Shown piece after piece: positions 40,063 to 47,073 of a stretch of 47,073 nt of DNA; the first letter of the stretch is position 1; the number at the start of each line of letters is the position of its first letter. Source of the DNA: a virus (taxonomy: Duplodnaviria; Heunggongvirae; Uroviricota; Caudoviricetes); the IMG/VR virus record IMGVR_UViG_2534682139_000016, positions 1-47,073 of that record; one strand, 5' to 3'. The notes under the pieces were generated by a model. It saw only the letters and a program-made list of their open reading frames with translations. It ran no database searches and was not told the DNA's origin. A program made the translations under genes and the position numbers.

Positions 40063-41198
40063 CAATCAGGAAACACCGCCAGGGCGAAACGATCAATATA
40101 ACTTTCACCTACAAAGGAGTTAGATGTCGTGAGCCGCTTTCCAATCTGGAAGTAACACCAAAGAACATTAAATACGCCGAGCGTACACTCGGCGAAATCC
40201 ATAATAAGATCGAAAGGGGAACATTCATTTATGCAGAATATTTTCCCCGTTCTGCTCGTTTGAAAATTTTTGGTAATGCTGCTGCAGGCAAAACGGTAAA
40301 GATGTACCTGGACGAATATCTTGAAATCTGCGAAACAAGAAAACTTTCACCCTCTACGATTGGTGGCTATAAAAAATGCCGTAGTGCGTTAGCCTCACTT
40401 CACATTTGCCCTGCAAGTGAATTAACACCAGCAACCCTGAAAGCGTGGATTCAAAGCCAGAAAACAACCTTAAAAACCATTCGCAACCAGTTATCTTTCC
40501 TGCGGTCAGCACTTGATGAAGCCGTGACCGATGGGGTACTTCAAATTAACCCCGTATCGTTAGTAACAGCTTCGCGCTACCAAAGTGATAAGTCAGAAGC
40601 AGAAAGCAGCTATGTGGTTGATCCGCTATCACCAGCAGAAGTTGATGCATTACTAGCAGCAGCCGGAAACAAACAATGGGAAAATCTGTTCCGGTTCGCT
40701 ATACATACAGGCCTGCGTAGTTCTGAACTATGTGCCCTTCGATGGCGTGATATCGACTTTGTTGGAAAAACAGCACATGTCCAGAGCGCAAGTGTTGTTG
40801 GTGTTATCAAAGGGACCAAAACAAAAGCCGGTACTCGTAAAGTTGAACTGACAGAAGAGGCAATGTTGGCGCTGATAAATCAGAAGCCATTTACGTTCAT
40901 GAAAGATGCTACGGTCTTTGAAGATCCAAAGACCAATAAGCCTTGGGCAAGTGCTGATGCAATCAGGAAAAAAGCATGGGTGCCAACATTGCGAAAAGCA
41001 GGTATTCGCTACAGAAACCCATATCAGACCAGGCACACTTATGCTACTAAGTACATTAGCCAAGGAGCTAATCTCTTCTGGCTAGCAGGGCAGATGGGGC
41101 ATAAGGGGCCCGAAATGTTGTTTCGTCATTATGGGCGTTACTTGAGTGATTATGACAACCACAGCTCAACAACGCTCACAAGTAATTGCAAAAAGTAG
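40023..41198 (+). CDS. Tyrosine-type phage integrase
   Basis: 391 aa; C-terminal catalytic region with ...RHTYAT...; HxxR/Y-region GQMGHKGPEMLFRHYGRY. Confidence 0.85.
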   Translation: MGQTKLLKLPRGVTIRKHRQGETINITFTYKGVRCREPLSNLEVTPKNIKYAERTLGEIHNKIERGTFIYAEYFPRSARLKIFGNAAAGKTVKMYLDEYLEICETRKLSPSTIGGYKKCRSALASLHICPASELTPATLKAWIQSQKTTLKTIRNQLSFLRSALDEAVTDGVLQINPVSLVTASRYQSDKSEAESSYVVDPLSPAEVDALLAAAGNKQWENLFRFAIHTGLRSSELCALRWRDIDFVGKTAHVQSASVVGVIKGTKTKAGTRKVELTEEAMLALINQKPFTFMKDATVFEDPKTNKPWASADAIRKKAWVPTLRKAGIRYRNPYQTRHTYATKYISQGANLFWLAGQMGHKGPEMLFRHYGRYLSDYDNHSSTTLTSNCKK

Positions 41199-41448
41199 CC
41201 TTGAGCAAGGTAAAGCATGTTATTCAAAGAAGCCTATTTCGTTCAAAACGAGAGGTCCTCCACAAATCCACGCTTGAATAGGTATTCTTTACAATTATGA
41301 GCATACCCCTTATAGATTTATTCCATTGAAAAATGCCATCCCCCTGATAAAACAACAGTATTATTGTTTCAAAAAAAATGTTATAAGTAAATTCACTTAC
41401 ATGTAACATTTAAATTTTTGTTTAAGAAGTATAAATTAGAGGGATAAA

Positions 41449-42300
41449 ATGACTACACCAGTAATAAGTTTCATAAATATGAAAGGTGGGGTTGGTAAAA
41501 CAACTTTATGCGTCGGCATTGCTGAATATCTTGCAAACTTCATGGATAAAAAGGTATTAATTATCGATATTGACCCACAATTTAACGCTACACAGTCAAT
41601 ACTTAGTAAATATGATCGAGTGAAAGAGTATATAGCTGATCACTTAGAAAATACAAAAACCATCAGACGAATATTCGAGACAAAATCAAGCTTAACGGGT
41701 AAAGTTCAGCAGGTCACTCCTGATGAAATTATCATCAAGATGTCAGAGCACTTAGATATGATTTTTGGTGATATTAATACAATATTTGATATTGAACAAC
41801 CTGCGGCAAGATTACATAAGCTAAAACGCTTTATAGAAGAACATAAGCTTCGAGATATATATGACTTCATTTTGATCGATAGCCCACCAACCATTTCATT
41901 ATTTACTGATGCAGCTCTCGTTGCTTCAGATTATTATATTGTGCCAGTTAAAATTGACCACTACTCAATTTTAGGTGCGACAAGTCTTTTAAGCGTAATA
42001 GAAAACATTCAAGATAATTATGACCATAAAAACATTCAAAACCTTGGTTTTATTTATACTAATACCCTAGAAAATCTATCAAAAAAGACAAAAAAGCTAA
42101 AGACAGACTTTGAAAGTACTGAACCTTTTAATGAACTATACTTTTTTGATAACCAGTTGAAGTTTGTACAGGATTTGATGGTGGGTGGTAGAGGTAATAT
42201 ATCATCAAGTTATAAATCATCCAGAAAATATATCAAAGCGATTTGTGAAGAGTTTTTAAGTCGGATCCAAGAAGTGCAAACGGGGGGGGAAGATGAATAA
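41449..42300 (+). CDS. ParA/MinD-superfamily ATPase (cargo gene A)
   Basis: Deviant Walker A MKGGVGKTT at residues 11-19; Walker B-like LIDSPP; AT-rich; GAGGG RBS. Confidence 0.8.
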   Translation: MTTPVISFINMKGGVGKTTLCVGIAEYLANFMDKKVLIIDIDPQFNATQSILSKYDRVKEYIADHLENTKTIRRIFETKSSLTGKVQQVTPDEIIIKMSEHLDMIFGDINTIFDIEQPAARLHKLKRFIEEHKLRDIYDFILIDSPPTISLFTDAALVASDYYIVPVKIDHYSILGATSLLSVIENIQDNYDHKNIQNLGFIYTNTLENLSKKTKKLKTDFESTEPFNELYFFDNQLKFVQDLMVGGRGNISSSYKSSRKYIKAICEEFLSRIQEVQTGGEDE

Positions 42301-42706
42301 AAATAGTAACAACCTCGAATTATTACAGACATTGGTTTATAAGAAGCCCTCGTCAAAAGAAGCGTTTATTGGTTTGATAACAATAGCAATCTATTCTAGG
42401 GAAATTTTTGTTAAAAATGAAGATGCAGCAGAATTCGTAAAAAATGTATTTGGATTAAGTTTCTTAGACTACGTCATCAAGTCAAGAACTTTATTATGCG
42501 CTAGACTTACCCGTAATCTTGTAAATATGAGCGAGAGAGACATTAAAGAATGCATATATAAAGCATCAGAGTATTTTAAAACTGACAAATTTATTATTGG
42601 ATATAATGAAAACTCACTTACTTTTAAAAAAAGTAACGTCAAACGTAATGCAAATCGAGATGTAGGTACGTGGATTAATGCTCTTTTGAAGAAGGATAGA
42701 AAATAA
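42293..42706 (+). CDS. Hypothetical protein (cargo gene B)
   Basis: 137 aa; start overlaps the ParA-like gene by 8 nt. Confidence 0.6.
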   Translation: MNKNSNNLELLQTLVYKKPSSKEAFIGLITIAIYSREIFVKNEDAAEFVKNVFGLSFLDYVIKSRTLLCARLTRNLVNMSERDIKECIYKASEYFKTDKFIIGYNENSLTFKKSNVKRNANRDVGTWINALLKKDRK

Positions 42707-43371
42707 TGCTTCAAAGAGACCCACATGGATTTAGAAAAGACGTGAAAGAATTTATCACAATGATAAAATCATTTCAGGTCGATATTCGCACCGAAAACAA
42801 TCTTACATCGGCTTATAAACATGTACTTTTTCTGGAGTTTATCCATAACTCACATCCAGAAATAAGTCACAAAACCTTTATAAAAAGTATTATTTATGAT
42901 GTTTTAAGTTCAATTACAGCGATACTTCATAAACGAGAGCGATATCTTCATCTTAATTTTCGCTCAATGATTGAACATCTTGCACGTATATCCTTACAAA
43001 AAGTTGATAACGGGGGGGATTTCGATATTACAATTAGAACTCTTGATTTCGAGAATCTTAAATCTACCAACACTGATGAAAACTGGGCGTACATGCATTC
43101 ACAGTATAAACAAGCATGTGGCTGGTTACACTCATCATCTAAAGTTAAATTAAATATCACAGCATCATTTCCAGATTTATTAAAGTCTGATTCAAAAAGT
43201 AATGCAGCTAAACTGTCAACCCATTTGCAAAAGATGACTACCGAAATGTTAAAGATTTTTTTTAACTACTATGTTGATGAGATTCAAACTTCTTTTTACC
43301 GCACACGGGGAGAAATGAGGTATGTGCTTGGCAACCATAACTTCGAATATTTTTTAAGCAAGAATCCATAA
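42706..43371 (+). CDS. Hypothetical protein with possible HEPN-like Rx4H motif (cargo gene C)
   Basis: 221 aa; TAATG overlap with gene B; motif RSMIEH. Confidence 0.6.
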   Translation: MLQRDPHGFRKDVKEFITMIKSFQVDIRTENNLTSAYKHVLFLEFIHNSHPEISHKTFIKSIIYDVLSSITAILHKRERYLHLNFRSMIEHLARISLQKVDNGGDFDITIRTLDFENLKSTNTDENWAYMHSQYKQACGWLHSSSKVKLNITASFPDLLKSDSKSNAAKLSTHLQKMTTEMLKIFFNYYVDEIQTSFYRTRGEMRYVLGNHNFEYFLSKNP

Positions 43372-43461
43372 ATATATATTTCCTTAAAAAGGATACGTGA
43401 AGTACACGAAGCATGCGAGAAATAAAATAAAACAATAAAAATCAATAAATTAAAAACAAAT

Positions 43462-43492
43462 GGACGCTGGTTCAACTCCCGCCAGCTCCACC
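43462..43492 (+). repeat. Direct repeat of ssrA 3' end (att site)
   Basis: GGACGCTGGTTCAACTCCCGCCAGCTCCACCA matches 372-402 with one mismatch. Confidence 0.85.
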
Positions 43493-43658
43493 ACTTTTTA
43501 GTTGTTTGAAGTTCAATGAAGTCTACTAAGCCCACACAGCACAAGCTCTGCGGGCTTTTTTACGTCTATTGTCGTCCAGTGAGAATTGCTGAGAACTACG
43601 AGTTATGGCACCCTGAATGGGACCCACTAAGAAGGGTCCAAAAACCGAGGGTCCCAAA

Positions 43659-44888
43659 ATGGCAAAAATCGCTAAGAAGCTCACTGACACTGAAATCAAA
43701 AGCACCAAGCCAGCCGATAAAGAAATCAACTTGTTTGACAGTGATGGTCTGATTCTACGAATCGCTCCTTTGGCGAAAGGAGGCAAGAAAAATTGGTATT
43801 TCAGGTATGCAGTACCAGTGAGCAAGAAAAGAACCAAAATGAGCCTTGGGACATATCCTCACCTTACCCTTGCAAGAGCCAGAGCCTTACGTGATGAATA
43901 TCTCTCCTTTCTGGCAAATGGTGTTGATCCCCAAATCCATAACAACGATAAGGCGAAGGCATTAAAGAGTGCTACTGAGCACACTCTCCAAGCCGTAGCG
44001 CGGAAATGGTTAGATGAGAAGGTAAAGACATCAGGTATCTCACAAGACCATGCAGCAGACATCTGGCGCAGCTTAGAGAGAAATGTCTTTCCCGGTCTGG
44101 GTAATGTCCCTATCAATGAGATCCGACCTAAGCTCTTAAAACAACACCTTGATCCTATTGAGCAACGAGGCGTATTGGAAACTCTACGCCGTATCATTTC
44201 ACGTCTGAATGAAATCTTCCGGTGGGCAGCTACTGAAGAACTTATTGAGTTCAACCCGGCTGACAACCTTGGTCAAAGATTCAGTAAACCAAAAAAGCAA
44301 AATATGCCTGCCCTTCCCCCAAGCGAATTGCCAAGGTTTATGGAATCTTTGACGAATGCGTCAATCCGGTTGGAAACACGTATGCTAATTGAATGGCAAT
44401 TGTTGACATGGGTTCGTCCGGGTGAAGCCGTTCGCGCAAGGTGGTCTGATATTGATACAACCAACAGCATTTGGAACATTCCTGCTGATTTCATGAAAAT
44501 GAAAAAGCTTCACAAAGTTCCTTTGAGTAAAGAAGCTTTGCGCATCCTTGAATTAATGAAATCAATAAGTGGGCATAGAGAATGGGTTTTCCCCAGCATA
44601 AAAGCGCCTCTTAATCATATGCATGAACAAACAGCCAACGCAGCTATCATCCGAATGGGGTTCGGAGGCGAGCTTGTAGCTCACGGTATGCGTTCTATTG
44701 CACGAACAGCGGCAGAGGAGTCTGGTAAATTCAGAGCTGAAGTTCTTGAGGCAGCGCTTGCCCACTCGAAAAAAGATGAAATTATCGCAGCATACAATCG
44801 TGCAGAATATCTGATAGAGCGACAGAGTTTGATGCAATGGTGGAGTGATTACGTTCAAGCTCAAAGATCAAATGCTCTGGTAGCCTAA
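43659..44888 (+). CDS. P4-type (IntA-like) tyrosine integrase
   Basis: MAKIAKKLTDTEIKSTKP... and ...DIWRSLER...MQWWSDY... parallel CP4-57 IntA from memory; begins ~166 bp after the ssrA fragment. Confidence 0.85.
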   Translation: MAKIAKKLTDTEIKSTKPADKEINLFDSDGLILRIAPLAKGGKKNWYFRYAVPVSKKRTKMSLGTYPHLTLARARALRDEYLSFLANGVDPQIHNNDKAKALKSATEHTLQAVARKWLDEKVKTSGISQDHAADIWRSLERNVFPGLGNVPINEIRPKLLKQHLDPIEQRGVLETLRRIISRLNEIFRWAATEELIEFNPADNLGQRFSKPKKQNMPALPPSELPRFMESLTNASIRLETRMLIEWQLLTWVRPGEAVRARWSDIDTTNSIWNIPADFMKMKKLHKVPLSKEALRILELMKSISGHREWVFPSIKAPLNHMHEQTANAAIIRMGFGGELVAHGMRSIARTAAEESGKFRAEVLEAALAHSKKDEIIAAYNRAEYLIERQSLMQWWSDYVQAQRSNALVA

Positions 44889-44926
44889 GTATCAGAATAG
44901 CTAATATAATCCTGAAGGTAAAGAAA

Positions 44927-45343
44927 ATGGAAACCCTATTCAAAGTTTTTGAAAAATTTAGTTCCAGACCACTTTTTTTTATTTTTTTCGGACTCTCACT
45001 TTGTGAATTTTTTCAGAAACAATCTGTTCTGATGAATCCATCAGCAGATAACATCGCGAAATTATTCGCAGCCATGATATTAGTTGTTTTTTTTACTTGG
45101 GGATTTGAATGGCTAATCTTCAAGTTCAATGTAAACCTTGAACCTCATGATCAAGGCGATATTGGACCAACAATTGGAACGGCTACTTTAGCTGTATACT
45201 TAGTTTATGCCTTTCACTTTCTCAGTGAAAATCCTGAAGCATTAAATTTAAAGTTATTAACTAACTCTGGCTTTATATACAGCACAACTCTATTATTATT
45301 CTCATTAGAATGCATGAAGCTTAGAAGACTTAAACAAAAATAA
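44927..45343 (+). CDS. Hypothetical polytopic membrane protein
   Basis: 138 aa, 3-4 hydrophobic helices, AT-rich. Confidence 0.45.
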   Translation: METLFKVFEKFSSRPLFFIFFGLSLCEFFQKQSVLMNPSADNIAKLFAAMILVVFFTWGFEWLIFKFNVNLEPHDQGDIGPTIGTATLAVYLVYAFHFLSENPEALNLKLLTNSGFIYSTTLLLFSLECMKLRRLKQK

Positions 45344-45415
45344 ACAACATCATTGTGATGATAAATATAAAATAGGCATGGCGAAAAAAAAATCACCACG
45401 CCTAAAATATAATAA

Positions 45416-45739
45416 TTATGGTAGCATCATTGATACATAATCCACACCAATCCTTGAGCTATACTGAGACGCTATAGCCTGATATCTTTCTGCATAACCA
45501 GTTCTCAGTTGAGATTTAAGTTTGAGTCGGACAGGAACATTTTGCACGTTGCCATCCATATTACTTAAAAACACGGCAGAAATAATATTTTTTTCTTCGC
45601 CATCAACTGTTGTTCCATGATTCAACACCACCATATAATCAACAACAGGAAGCGTTTTATCCCCTTCGAAAATAGAGAGATATTTTCTTTGATTTTTATG
45701 CATTACATATATATATTTCGAATGTTCAGCAAATGGCAA
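45416..45739 (-). CDS. Hypothetical protein, possibly 5'-truncated by the IS insertion
   Basis: Open frame continues upstream of the first Met to the IS left end at 45806. Confidence 0.35.
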   Translation of the reverse strand: MPFAEHSKYIYVMHKNQRKYLSIFEGDKTLPVVDYMVVLNHGTTVDGEEKNIISAVFLSNMDGNVQNVPVRLKLKSQLRTGYAERYQAIASQYSSRIGVDYVSMMLP

Positions 45740-45859
45740 TGCTTTACTCTGACTGGCGTTAAAAAGCTCCAGAACTTTAATGAGCCTGTGCGGACTTAAT
45801 CTTACTGAACCGCCCCGGAAATCCTGGAGACTAAACTCCCTGAGAAAGAGGTAAACAGG

Positions 45860-46186
45860 ATGACTAAAAATACTCGTTTTTCCCCCGAAGTCCGTCAGCG
45901 GGCGATTCGTATGGTTCTGGAAAGTCAGGATGAATATGACTCACAGTGGGCGGCAATTTGTTCCATTGCCCCAAAGATTGGCTGTACGCCGGAGACTCTG
46001 CGTGTCTGGGTTCGCCAGCATGAGCGGGATACCGGGAGTGGTGATGGTGGACTCACCACCGCTGAACGTCAGCGTCTGAAAGAGCTGGAACGTGAAAATC
46101 GTGAACTGCGCCGCAGTAACGATATCCTTCGCCAGGCTTCCGCTTATTTTGCGAAGGCGGAGTTCGACCGCCTCTGGAAAAAATAA
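45860..46186 (+). CDS. IS3-family transposase OrfA (HTH)
   Basis: [21 protein letters not shown]... leucine-zipper C-terminus. Confidence 0.9.
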   Translation: MTKNTRFSPEVRQRAIRMVLESQDEYDSQWAAICSIAPKIGCTPETLRVWVRQHERDTGSGDGGLTTAERQRLKELERENRELRRSNDILRQASAYFAKAEFDRLWKK

Positions 46187-47073
46187 TGCCACTGCTGGAT
46201 AAGCTGCGTGAGCAGTACGGGGTCGGACCGGTATGCAGCGAACTGCATATTGCCCCGTCAACGTATTACCATTGTCAGCAACAGCGACATCATCCGGATA
46301 AACGCAGTGCCCGTGCGCAGCACGATGACTGGCTGAAGAAAGAGATACAGCGCGTATACGATGAAAATCACCAGGTATACGGTGTGCGTAAAGTCTGGCG
46401 TCAGTTGTTACGGGAAGGTATCAGAGTGGCCAGATGCACTGTGGCACGTCTCATGGCAGTTATGGGACTTGCCGGTGTTCTCCGGGGTAAAAAGGTCCGC
46501 ACTACCGTCAGCCGGAAAGCCGTTGCCGCATGCGACCGCGTAAACCGTCAGTTCGTGGCAGAACGTCCAGACCAGTTGTGGGTGGCTGATTTTACCTGGG
46601 TAAGCACATGGCAGGGCTTCGTTTATGTGGCGTTCATCATTGATGTGTTCGCCGGATACATCGTGGGATGGCAGGTCTCATCATCCATGGAAACAACATT
46701 CGTGCTGGATGCACTGGAGCAGGCGTTGTGGGCCCGTCGGCCGTCCGGCACAATCCATCACAGTGATAAAGGTTCTCAGTATGTATCGCTGGCCTACACG
46801 CAGCGGCTTAAGGAAGCCGGATTACTGGCATCAACAGGGAGTACTGGCGACTCGTATGACAACGCGATGGCTGAGAGCATCAATGGTCTTTACAAAGCGG
46901 AGGTAATACACCGTAAGAGCTGGAAAAACCGGACAGAAGTGGAACAGGCCACACTAACGTGGGTGGACTGGTATAACAATCGACGATTGCTGGAAAGGCT
47001 GGGCCATATTCCTCCGGCAGAAGCAGAAAAAGCTTATTATGCTTCCATCGGAAATAATGATCTGGCAGCCTGA
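46186..47073 (+). CDS. IS3-family transposase OrfB (DDE catalytic domain)
   Basis: -1 frame relative to OrfA with A-run (GGAAAAAATAATG) at the junction; DDE region ...HSDKGSQYVS... Confidence 0.9.
   Translation: MPLLDKLREQYGVGPVCSELHIAPSTYYHCQQQRHHPDKRSARAQHDDWLKKEIQRVYDENHQVYGVRKVWRQLLREGIRVARCTVARLMAVMGLAGVLRGKKVRTTVSRKAVAACDRVNRQFVAERPDQLWVADFTWVSTWQGFVYVAFIIDVFAGYIVGWQVSSSMETTFVLDALEQALWARRPSGTIHHSDKGSQYVSLAYTQRLKEAGLLASTGSTGDSYDNAMAESINGLYKAEVIHRKSWKNRTEVEQATLTWVDWYNNRRLLERLGHIPPAEAEKAYYASIGNNDLAA

Larger units (their letters stand above)
45806..47073 (+). mobile_element. IS3-family insertion sequence, IS629/IS3411-like (right end beyond window)
   Basis: Left end TGAACCGCCCCGG...; orfA and orfB match my recollection of IS629. 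Confidence 0.85.

Noticed and set aside
41224-41409. 61-aa minus-strand ORF in the int to ParA-like intergenic region
   Set aside because: AT-rich promoter-like region; the ORF has no RBS and more plausibly overlaps the cassette promoter/operator.
41449-42300. ParA-like ATPase as part of a plasmid-type ParAB partition system
   Set aside because: Not adopted as the primary call because no ParB-like HTH protein or centromere-like repeat array is evident and the element is integrated; left open as an alternative in the finding.

Overview
Enterobacterial (E. coli-like) chromosomal segment. An intact tmRNA gene ssrA (40-402) is followed by a ~43 kb integrated element bounded by a 31-bp direct repeat of the ssrA 3' end (372-402 and 43462-43492). 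The element is a mosaic prophage whose late genes run on the minus strand: HNH endonuclease, terminase, HK97-type portal/protease/capsid, Mu-like contractile tail and baseplate, and a Pin-invertible tail-fibre segment. It also has lambda-like lysis genes, antiterminator Q, a replication/recombination block, CI/Cro immunity, a yfdPQRST-like block and xis-int. Cargo modules are: (1) an EcoRII-type restriction-modification pair plus a GIY-YIG protein at the left end; (2) an AT-rich two-gene cassette (zinc-ribbon/NA37-like protein + membrane-anchored protein) between Q and the lysis genes; (3) an AT-rich three-gene ParA-like cassette between int and the right repeat. Beyond the repeat lies a second island with a P4-type integrase and an IS629-like IS3-family element running off the window. 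The two AT-rich cassettes are my best candidates for an undescribed, probably anti-phage, system. All calls come from reading the translations and DNA by eye; protein-family matches are from memory and no searches were run.
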